This document shows, piece by piece, positions 57,043 to 64,000 of a stretch of DNA of 64,000 nt. Source of the DNA: Gammaproteobacteria bacterium (GTDB taxonomy: Bacteria; Pseudomonadota; Gammaproteobacteria; 21-64-14). Below the pieces are notes generated by a model. The model saw only the letters and a list, made by a program, of their open reading frames with translations, did no database searches and was not told the origin of the DNA. The DNA is taken from positions 22,983 through 86,982 of the forward strand of contig JALUXX010000016.1 in assembly GCA_027013145.1 (NCBI GenBank), written 5' to 3'. Both the position numbers and the translations under genes were made by a program. How positions within the stretch are numbered: position 1 is the first letter of the stretch; each line of letters starts with the position of its first letter.

Positions 57043-59523
57043 GTGAACGTTGAAGACCGATCCGCACTTCCGCTTATGCCGATGCTTTTACTGTTCGCCT
57101 TGCTGGCGCTGCCGTCGATGGTCCAGGCTGCCGTCGGCCAATACTGGGAGTGGGAGAATCCGATCCCGCAGGGCAACACGCTGAATGCGGTTGCATGGAA
57201 CGGCAGTAATCTCTACGTGGCCGTCGGGGATCGCGGCACGGTGATGACCAGTCCCGATGCGGTTTCCTGGATGGCCTCCAACGTCGGAAACACGAATCGT
57301 CTCACGGCGGCGGCATGGGGGAACGGGAGATTCGTGGCCGCGGATGATATGGGCGGGATAGTTACCAGCCCGGACGGCGGGAATTGGACGCCCCGTACGT
57401 CGAACTCGAACTACTATGGGATCTCCGGTTTGGTGTGGAATGGAAGCGAATTCGTCGCGGTAGGCGGCGGTGGCGTCATCCTGACCAGTCCGGACGGAAT
57501 CACATGGACATCGATAGTCCCGGGGGCGGGTTCGGCGCACAACCTCAGCGCGGTTGGCTGGAACGGCATGCAGTTCGTCGCGGTAGGTCAGGCGGGTACC
57601 GTACGCACCAGCCCGGACGGCATCCACTGGACGACGCGGACCTCCGGCACGACGGCCGATCTCGCCGGTGTGGTCTGGGCCGGCGCGAAATGGGTGGCCG
57701 TAGGCGGAAACACGGTTCTGACCAGCGCCGACGGCATTACGTGGACAGCCCAGACCGGAGTCACGTCCAATTTTCTGTTGGCCGTGGGCTGCAAGAGCAG
57801 CGAATTGGTTGCGCTGGGCGGAAACGTCACCCTGACCAGCGCCGACGGCGTGAGCTGGACGCAACACAACAACGTCACCTATAGGTTGAACGCGCTCTTG
57901 TGGAACGGCAGCGAATTCGTCGCCGTCGGAGACGGCGGAAAGATCGCTGTCAGCACCGATGGCTCCGTATGGACGTCTCGGACGCAGAACGTGCTGGACG
58001 TGCCGGGGCGGTACGAACCCTCTGTCGGTGGCATCGGATGGTTCGCGGTCAAGGGCGAGTTCGTCGCCGTTACCAACCAGGGGTTGGTGTTGAGGAGCCG
58101 TGACGGATTGCATTGGTCGGTCACGGATACCGGGATCGGCAACAACCTCAGTGCCCTTGACTGTACGAGCACCGAGTGCGTGGCCGTCGGTGCCGGCGGT
58201 CACATCGCAACCAGCCTGGATGCCGCGACCTGGACGCCGCAGACTTCGGGTACGAGCAACACGCTTTATGATGTCGCCTGGGACGCGAAAAACGCTCAGT
58301 TCGTGGCCGTGGGGGCCAACGGGACGATTCTCACCAGCGCGGACGGTGCCGCCTGGGTAGCGCAGAGTTCCGGCACGACGCAGAATCTATTCGGCGTTCA
58401 TGCGGGAGGCGGCGGCATCGTGGCCGTGGGTGGGAACGGAACCATCCTCACCAGCGCGGACGGGACCGTATGGAACGCACGAACCTCCGGCGCCACGTCA
58501 CGTTTGAGTGCGATCACCTTTGGCGGCGGAAAGTACGTCGCGGTCACCCAGCTTACGGGTAAGGCGCTCATCAGTGCCGATGGGGTGACGTGGACGCCGT
58601 ACTCGCTTCCCTCGTTCGCCATCCTGGATACCGTGATATGGGACGGGAAGTATTTCTTCGCAGGAGGACCGCAGTCGCCGGTATTCGTCAGTTCGGACGG
58701 AATGAACTGGACCTCGTACGATACGGGCGCGGACCCCGCGCCGCTGGCGATAGCGACGAACGGAAACGCCAACGCGTCCATCGCTGTCATGGGCGGTTTC
58801 AGCGGCTCGATTCTGGCCTCTGTCCAGCCGGCGCCCACCGGATTGCAGGCCGTGACGGTGACGCAACCGGGTCCGGGTTCGGAAACGTTCAACATTCAGG
58901 GCATGAGTTCGTTGACGGTCGCCGCAAGTTCCGGCAACCAAACGCTGTTGCCGGACGCCGGCATTGCGGGCGCATCGACTTGCAGATCGGCCGGAAGCTG
59001 CACGCTTACATTGCATCCCGCGGCCGGGCGGACCGGCACCGCAGCGGTGACCGTGACCGTTACCGATGGCCATGGACAAAGCGGAAAAGGCACCTTCCAG
59101 GTAACGGTCGGGCCACCGCCGCCACCGAGCGCGAGCGGCTTTTCCAATATCACGATCGCGCAACCGAACGGCGGCAGCGAAAAGTTTGCGGTGACGGGAT
59201 CCGGTACGCTGACAGTAACGGTGCATTCTGGCAACCAGGGACTGTTGCCCGATGCCAATATTGGCGGCGCAGCGAGCTGCACGTCGGCCGGGAACTGCGT
59301 GCTGACGCTGCAGCCGGTTGCACAACAGGCCGGGACCGCCGCGGTGGGTGTGACGGTGAGTGACGCCTACGGGCAGAGTTCAGGCGGCACCTTCACGGTG
59401 TCGGTCAAGGCGGCGCCGTCTGCGGCCGGCGGTGGCGGCGGTGGCCTCGGGCCGTGGATGCTCTTGGGCCTGCTGGGGCTCCTGCCGTGGCGGCTGCGCC
59501 GCCGCGTGTCCCGGCGTGTCTGA
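57043..59523 (+). CDS. Secreted protein with 12 BNR/Asp-box repeats (two beta-propeller-like units), two Ig-like domains and a GlyGly-CTERM-like C-terminal sorting signal (826 aa)
   Basis: Signal peptide. Twelve S-x-D-G-x-x-W-T repeats (TSPDGGNWT, TSADGITWT, SSDGMNWT and similar), each with a (W/F)xGxxFVAVG strand. Two ~100-aa beta-sandwich-like repeats (VTVTDGHGQSGKGTFQVTV / VGVTVSDAYGQSSGGTFTVSV). C-terminus GGGGGGLGPWMLLGLLGLLPWRLRRRVSRRV: Gly-run, TM helix, Arg cluster. Confidence 0.65.
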   Translation: MNVEDRSALPLMPMLLLFALLALPSMVQAAVGQYWEWENPIPQGNTLNAVAWNGSNLYVAVGDRGTVMTSPDAVSWMASNVGNTNRLTAAAWGNGRFVAADDMGGIVTSPDGGNWTPRTSNSNYYGISGLVWNGSEFVAVGGGGVILTSPDGITWTSIVPGAGSAHNLSAVGWNGMQFVAVGQAGTVRTSPDGIHWTTRTSGTTADLAGVVWAGAKWVAVGGNTVLTSADGITWTAQTGVTSNFLLAVGCKSSELVALGGNVTLTSADGVSWTQHNNVTYRLNALLWNGSEFVAVGDGGKIAVSTDGSVWTSRTQNVLDVPGRYEPSVGGIGWFAVKGEFVAVTNQGLVLRSRDGLHWSVTDTGIGNNLSALDCTSTECVAVGAGGHIATSLDAATWTPQTSGTSNTLYDVAWDAKNAQFVAVGANGTILTSADGAAWVAQSSGTTQNLFGVHAGGGGIVAVGGNGTILTSADGTVWNARTSGATSRLSAITFGGGKYVAVTQLTGKALISADGVTWTPYSLPSFAILDTVIWDGKYFFAGGPQSPVFVSSDGMNWTSYDTGADPAPLAIATNGNANASIAVMGGFSGSILASVQPAPTGLQAVTVTQPGPGSETFNIQGMSSLTVAASSGNQTLLPDAGIAGASTCRSAGSCTLTLHPAAGRTGTAAVTVTVTDGHGQSGKGTFQVTVGPPPPPSASGFSNITIAQPNGGSEKFAVTGSGTLTVTVHSGNQGLLPDANIGGAASCTSAGNCVLTLQPVAQQAGTAAVGVTVSDAYGQSSGGTFTVSVKAAPSAAGGGGGGLGPWMLLGLLGLLPWRLRRRVSRRV

Positions 59524-59801
59524 CAGGTGAAGGGTACTCGCCGCGGTGCGCATTCCGACATGAGCGGGTACGCGCACGCCCGGAGGGCCACACCATGAAT
59601 GCCAGGGCTGGCGACCTGCTCTTCTGGTGCGACGTGCTCGGCAGTTACACCGACGCGGGCTACATGGGTACCCGGCATGCGGAGGCCTCGGTGACGCCGT
59701 TCCCACATGGCTCCTGATGCGGATGGGTTTCACGGAAATCCAAAGGGGCGGGCGGATGCGACTGCATCCGGGAATTCGCCAAGAAAACCGGAGGGAAGGA
59801 G

Positions 59802-60272
59802 ATGCATAAATGCTATCTGTCGGTCCTATTCGCCCTGCCGCTCCTGCTGCCCGGCCTGGCCGGTGCGCGCAGCGCTGGCGGGCCCGACTGGGGCGGCGTT
59901 CTGCGCCAGCCGTCGCGCCCGCGATTACCAAGGCCGGGGCATCATGGGCCGTGCCATCTCGACGGCACCGTGTGGGCCAGCGGCTCGGCCCGCAACCGGA
60001 ATACCGACCATCTCCACCTCACGCTGAAGCATCGCTGGAACGGAGGGCTGACGCGGGTCTACGGCGTTCGCAACCAGTACAGGCCGGAGGAATACGCAGT
60101 GGTCGTTTATCAGACCAATAGGAACTTGGTGCACATCCTGCGCTACTACGCGCCGCAGAGGCGTATCACCGACGATAGCGGGAGCCTGTCCGCCGATTGC
60201 CGGCACATGAGACTCTCGGGCGTCACAAGTGACGGCGCGTTTGGTGGCGGTAGACTCTATCGGGAACGGTAG
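59802..60272 (+). CDS. Small secreted hypothetical protein (156 aa)
   Basis: GAAGGAG RBS. Signal peptide (LSVLFALPLLLPGLAGA). GC3 bias. Confidence 0.4.
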   Translation: MHKCYLSVLFALPLLLPGLAGARSAGGPDWGGVLRQPSRPRLPRPGHHGPCHLDGTVWASGSARNRNTDHLHLTLKHRWNGGLTRVYGVRNQYRPEEYAVVVYQTNRNLVHILRYYAPQRRITDDSGSLSADCRHMRLSGVTSDGAFGGGRLYRER

Positions 60273-60347
60273 GCTGCGGCGCCGGCGAAGACGAATGCGA
60301 CGTGTCCAGGACCACAGACGCTCAAGAGGTCCTCCATGACCGTTGAA

Positions 60348-60484
60348 TTCGGGGACAGTGTACCAATTTGGCCCTTGCCCGTTGTGCGGTTACGGTACCC
60401 CGTGGACCGCCGCTCTATCGGTGACCACTGGTGTCCGCGCGTCCCGCGACTGGATGGTGACCTGAAATTAGTAAACTGTCCCCG
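60348..60484. repeat. ~137-bp element with inverted-repeat termini (TTCGGGGACAGTGTAC ... AGTAAACTGTCCCCG), right copy, ending 11 nt from the tRNA-Arg 3' end
   Basis: Same termini and orientation as the element at 33700-33841. Internal similarity, for example GTTGTGCGGTTACGGTAC against GTTGCGCGGTTGCAGCAG. Confidence 0.6.
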
Positions 60485-60495
60485 AAAAGGGGGGG

Positions 60496-60572
60496 TGGCG
60501 CCCCGGCCAGGATTTGAACCTGGGACCTTCCCCTTAGGAGGGGGATGCTCTATCCAGCTGAGCTACCGGGGC
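60496..60572 (-). tRNA. tRNA-Arg (anticodon CCU), 77 nt, with genomically encoded CCA
   Basis: Minus-strand sequence GCCCCGGTAGCTCAGCTGGATAGAGCATCCCCCTCCTAAGGGGAAGGTCCCAGGTTCAAATCCTGGCCGGGGCGCCA. It has a 7-bp acceptor stem, D stem GCTC/GAGC, anticodon stem TCCCC/GGGGA with loop CTCCTAA (anticodon CCT), T stem CCAGG/CCTGG and GGTTCAAATCC T-loop. Confidence 0.9.
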
Positions 60573-60631
60573 GGGCCCGCCTATGGTAGCGGCTCGACGG
60601 GCGGAACCAAAGGGCCGGGCCGGCGGTTCGG

Positions 60632-61573
60632 TCAACTGAACCAGAAGGAGACCTCGCGGCGCAGGAACTCCTCGGCCGGCAGGTAGTGGGAGCCGTCGCA
60701 GGAGAAGGTCAGGCGTACGAGGCCGTTCATGATGTTGAGCGACGCCGAGCGCAGGTAAATGGTCTCGTCGGCGCGGCGCAGGGCCTTGAACTGTTCGAGC
60801 ACGGGGCGCACGAGGTCCGGGGCCAAGGTGGCCTCCTCGGGGTAGGGCCGCTTGGGGTAGGGGAGGCACATCATCGGGTCGATCAGCTCGGCCAGGGTGT
60901 GCAGGCGGTAGTGGTAGGGGTCGTCGTGCAGCCACAGCACCGCGCGCGAGCTTGAGAGGTGCAGTTTGCAGTGGAAGACGCCGTGTTCACGGATCAGCAG
61001 GTCGAACAGCGTGACCACCGTGTCGAGGTGCTCATCCATCGCGCTCGGAACGCGGCGCTGCTGGAAGACGGTCTCGCGGATCGCGGGATCGCCGCGGTAC
61101 TGATGCCAGTCGTTGTGCAGGGCCGCGGTGACCGGTGCGGGCGGGAGGTCCTTGACGTCGAAGTCCGCGGCGACGAAGCCGAGCGGACCGGTGGCGGAGT
61201 GGATCGCCTGCAGCGCGGTGACGCACGGGGAGATCCCATTGCGCCCGGTATAGGGTCGGGACAGGCCGAAACCCCGGTAGGGCAGGGAGCCGGCGAGATA
61301 GGGGCGTGCGGACAGATCCTGGCCGCGGCGGGAGGAGTCCGTCCCCTCGGGTGAGACGTTCGCCGAGACCTGCACGCCGGCGTTGTTGAGCGCGTAGAGC
61401 ATGCGGCAGTGCGGCAGCAGCGGCAGGGTGTCGGCCAGCAGCCGGTCGAGGCGCTCGGGTTCGTTCCAGACCAGGGCACAGTGCCCGGCCAGTTCAGACA
61501 TCGGGCGCTCGAGCCGCTCGGCCAGCGCCGCCTTGCGAAGAAAGATTCCGTCGTTGAACCATGCCATGGTCAT
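60632..61573 (-). CDS. Hypothetical protein (~313 aa)
   Basis: Minus-strand ORF with consistent GC3 bias. No recognisable domain. The start (MTMAWFNDG) is chosen over an upstream in-frame ATG. Confidence 0.5.
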   Translation of the reverse strand: MTMAWFNDGIFLRKAALAERLERPMSELAGHCALVWNEPERLDRLLADTLPLLPHCRMLYALNNAGVQVSANVSPEGTDSSRRGQDLSARPYLAGSLPYRGFGLSRPYTGRNGISPCVTALQAIHSATGPLGFVAADFDVKDLPPAPVTAALHNDWHQYRGDPAIRETVFQQRRVPSAMDEHLDTVVTLFDLLIREHGVFHCKLHLSSSRAVLWLHDDPYHYRLHTLAELIDPMMCLPYPKRPYPEEATLAPDLVRPVLEQFKALRRADETIYLRSASLNIMNGLVRLTFSCDGSHYLPAEEFLRREVSFWFS

Positions 61574-61874
61574 CGCTCTCCTTGCCGTAACGGAACTGTG
61601 CCCGCATCGGGTGGGGCATGAATCGAGACGCATCGATCGCCTGCTTGCGGCGGTTGCGCGCGATTAGCGGTGACGTGGGATTCCAGGATTGTCCCCGTAT
61701 CCCGATGCGGACGGGCGGGAGTATAGCGCCGGTGCGGTGACGGTTGGATGACCGGAATCGGCGACAGCGTCGGGCACGGGCGACGACGTCAGAACAGCCG
61801 TGGGGCGTTGTCCTATGCGGGGCGTCGCGGGACGATCGGTGCGAATGTCGCACATCGATCGTGCGGCGTGCCCG

Positions 61875-62531
61875 CTACTTGTGCGTCGGGGCGAGCCCGG
61901 AAAACAGGTACTCGGCGATCAGGTCGCTGTAGCGCTCCGGATCCGACGCGAAGGTCGCCGCCTTCATGTGGATGAGGACGCTGCGCGCGAGAAAAAAGAA
62001 CACGTCGGCACCCAACAGGAGTGCGGCGACGACGGATACGTCGGCATCTTCGCGTAGCTCGCCGTTTCGTTGGCCGTCGCGGATCATCCGCACGAGCCCG
62101 TCGAAGTGTTCGTCGAAGACCTTTTCGGCGAGTTCCGCACCGCGCCGCGGACCGTTTTCCACGACTTCGCGCAGGAGCAGCCGCGAGACCTCCTCCTGCT
62201 CGAGCAGGTGGCGCAGGTGCGCGCCCGCGGCGTGGCGCAGGCGGGCGTCGAAGGCCCCGTCGCCAGCCATGCGCTCGTGCCAGACCTGGGTGGCCGCGCC
62301 GCAGGCGCGGCGCAGGACCGCGAGGTACAGCCGGTCCTTGGTGCCGAAGTGGTGGAAGACGTTGGCCTTGCTGACACCGGCGCGCGCCGCGATCGCGCTC
62401 ACCGGCACGGCGTTGTAGCCGCGCTCGGCGAACAGGACCTCGGCGGCCTCGAGGATCGCCTCGGCGCCTTTTCGCCGCCGTGGGGTCGGGGCCGGCGCGG
62501 GCGCCGGGACCTGGCGCTGGGTGTTTTCCAT
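61875..62531 (-). CDS. TetR/AcrR-family transcriptional regulator
   Basis: N-terminal TetR HTH (ILEAAEVLFAERGYNAVPVSAIAARAGVSKANVFHHFGTKDRLYLAVL). ~218 aa. Confidence 0.8.
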   Translation of the reverse strand: MENTQRQVPAPAPAPTPRRRKGAEAILEAAEVLFAERGYNAVPVSAIAARAGVSKANVFHHFGTKDRLYLAVLRRACGAATQVWHERMAGDGAFDARLRHAAGAHLRHLLEQEEVSRLLLREVVENGPRRGAELAEKVFDEHFDGLVRMIRDGQRNGELREDADVSVVAALLLGADVFFFLARSVLIHMKAATFASDPERYSDLIAEYLFSGLAPTHK

Positions 62532-62763
62532 GGACCTTCCTCGACCGGTCTTTTCGGGCCCGTCGGGCGTCCGGATCTGACCGTCCGGTCAGCATAGCGC
62601 GCGCCCGGGCGGCTGGCAAGCCGGCGGCGCCGGATGCCGGCGCGCGGGAGTTCGGCTAACATGGCGCCGGCCCGGGGAGCCGCCGGGTGGCGGGGCCGTT
62701 CGTTTCACCGGCGGCGCGTCGTGGGCGGCCCCGGTTTCGTCACCCGATCATTCCGGACCGCCG

Positions 62764-64000
62764 ATGCCGCACGTGCGCCTCGACGCACCGGTACGCGCCG
62801 CCCGTGCGGTGCTCGGTGCCCCGAACCGCTGGGACCTGGTGGCCATTCCACTGGTCCTGGGCCTTCTGTTCGTACTCTCCTGGGGTACGCGGCAGATGGC
62901 GGCGCCCTATCACCTCGGCGAGGCTCTGCCGCTCTCGCTCGACCCGGTGCATCTCCCGTACTACGCGCTGCGCACGACCCTCAGGATGGCGGCGGCGATG
63001 GCGCTGTCGCTGCTGTTCACCTTCACCTACGCGACGCTTGCGGCGAAGAACCGCCGCGCCGAGGCGCTGCTCATCCCGGTGCTCGACGTCCTGCAATCGG
63101 TGCCGATCCTCGGGTTCCTTTCTATTACGGTCGTCGGCTTCATCAACCTGTTCCAGGGGAGTCTGCTGGGTCCCGAGGCCGCGGCGATCTTCGCCATTTT
63201 CACCTCCCAGGCCTGGAATATGGCCTTCAGCTTCTATCACTCGCTGAAGATGGTCCCCAAGGACCTGTCGCAGGCCGCGCACCTGTTCCGGCTCTCGCCG
63301 TGGCGGCGCTTCTGGAAGCTGGAGGTCCCCTTCGCGCTGCCGTCGCTGGTCTGGAACGCCATGATGTCGGCCTCCGGCGGCTGGTTCTTCGTGGTCGCTT
63401 CGGAGGCGATCAGCGTGTCGGGGCATCAGATCCTGCTGCCGGGCGTCGGTTCCTACATCGCGCTCGCGATCGAGCACAAGGATCTGCACGCCATCGGTTA
63501 CGCGATCGCGACGATGTTCGTGGTGATCTTCCTCTACGATCAGTTGCTCTTCCGCCCGCTGGTGGCATGGTCGGAGCGTTTCCGCTTCGAGGCGCTGGCG
63601 ACCGACAGCGTCTCCGAGTCCTGGGTGCTGACCTTGCTGCGGCGCGCGGAGGTCTTCCGGCGCCTGGCGCGGTTGCCGGTCCGGATCGGTGCGAGCCTTG
63701 CACCCGTCCTGCCGCGGCGGCGCGGCCCGACGCGGCCGCTGGTGCTGCTACGCGACCTCATCCGCCGCGAGGAGCGGCTGCTCTCGCGCCTGTGGCGCTA
63801 CGGTCTGATCGTGCTCGTGAGTGCGATGAGTATCGGTTTCGCCCGCTACGTGACGGCGGCGGTGAGCTATCGCGAGATCGGGGAGGTGTTCCTCTACGGC
63901 GCGGCCACGGCGCTGCGCGTGGTGGTCCTCGTGGCCCTCGCCTCGGTGGTCTGGGTGCCGGTCGGGGTGTGGGTCGGCGAGCGTCCGCGGATGGCGCAGG
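62764..64000 (+). CDS. Large ABC transporter permease of the binding-protein-dependent inner-membrane-component family (NitT/TauT-like); 3' end outside the window
   Basis: Open frame from ATG 62764 to the window end with no stop. Multiple TM helices and an EAA-like loop region (SQAAHLFRLSPWRRFWKLEVPFALPSLV). Absent from the ORF track only because it runs off the window. Confidence 0.6.
   Translation, partial: MPHVRLDAPVRAARAVLGAPNRWDLVAIPLVLGLLFVLSWGTRQMAAPYHLGEALPLSLDPVHLPYYALRTTLRMAAAMALSLLFTFTYATLAAKNRRAEALLIPVLDVLQSVPILGFLSITVVGFINLFQGSLLGPEAAAIFAIFTSQAWNMAFSFYHSLKMVPKDLSQAAHLFRLSPWRRFWKLEVPFALPSLVWNAMMSASGGWFFVVASEAISVSGHQILLPGVGSYIALAIEHKDLHAIGYAIATMFVVIFLYDQLLFRPLVAWSERFRFEALATDSVSESWVLTLLRRAEVFRRLARLPVRIGASLAPVLPRRRGPTRPLVLLRDLIRREERLLSRLWRYGLIVLVSAMSIGFARYVTAAVSYREIGEVFLYGAATALRVVVLVALASVVWVPVGVWVGERPRMAQ

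Noticed and set aside
33700-60572. Classical integrase-mediated genomic island or prophage at tRNA-Arg
   Set aside because: No integrase, excisionase, transposase or phage genes are present. The direct repeats do not include the tRNA 3' end. GC content matches the flanks. It is kept as a finding only in the weaker sense of a repeat-bounded accessory segment.
60336-60686. 116-aa plus-strand ORF spanning the tRNA-Arg region
   Set aside because: It reads straight through the antisense strand of a perfectly folded tRNA gene and the right boundary element. It is a chance ORF.
61634-61874. Small ORFs between the hypothetical gene and tetR (for example 61664..61855 on the minus strand)
   Set aside because: Short, overlapping, poor composition. 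This is probably the intergenic promoter region for both divergent and convergent neighbours.

Overview
This is a high-GC (roughly 65-70%) bacterial chromosomal window. Gene content points to a halophilic or haloalkaliphilic, denitrifying, sulfur-oxidizer-like gammaproteobacterial chemolithoautotroph of the Thioalkalivibrio/Ectothiorhodospiraceae type; that assignment is inference from gene content only.

Positions 1-19.8 kb hold the 3' part of norB and a hemerythrin-like gene, followed by a complete alpha-carboxysome superlocus on the + strand. The superlocus reads cbbL, cbbS, csoS2, csoSCA, csoS4A, csoS4B, two csoS1 copies, a bacterioferritin-like gene, the PCD-like RuBisCO assembly factor acRAF, the carboxysome-positioning pair mcdA and mcdB, a DAB-type inorganic-carbon pump (dabB, an extra membrane ORF, dabA), a PII-like CPII gene, a putative tandem-BMC csoS1D and a NUDIX hydrolase. 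Convergent on it is a cbbR-like LysR gene, which is divergent from a class II aldolase-Dabb fusion gene.

Positions 21.5-33.7 kb carry housekeeping and osmoadaptation genes: purE and purK, glycine betaine synthesis by glycine methylation (GSMT and SDMT), a convergent OpuA/ProU-type betaine ABC importer, and an acyl-CoA dehydrogenase followed by the methylcitrate cycle genes prpB, prpC and prpD.

Positions 33.7-60.5 kb form an accessory-looking segment. It is bounded by two directly oriented copies of a ~140-bp element with inverted-repeat termini, the right copy ending 11 nt from tRNA-Arg(CCU). It has two good sigma-54 promoters and a receiver-less, membrane-anchored sigma-54 activator. It also encodes a 1080-aa ATPase/SARP-type regulator and about 20 signal-peptide proteins: a CsgG-like lipoprotein, a PASTA-domain protein, a Yip1-type membrane protein, a DUF4892-like-OmpA fusion with small paralogs sharing a YPGS...WY motif, a Gly/Cys-rich protein, an HExxH/HEAT protein and a 12-BNR-repeat protein with a GlyGly-CTERM-like sorting tail. 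It has no integrase.

The window ends with a hypothetical gene, a tetR-family regulator and the start of a large ABC permease.

Many very long ORFs in the six-frame track (for example 4549..8418 on the - strand) are antisense shadows of real genes, an artefact expected in high-GC DNA.

My own position counts for non-ORF features may be off by 1 nt in places; CDS coordinates are anchored to the ORF track.
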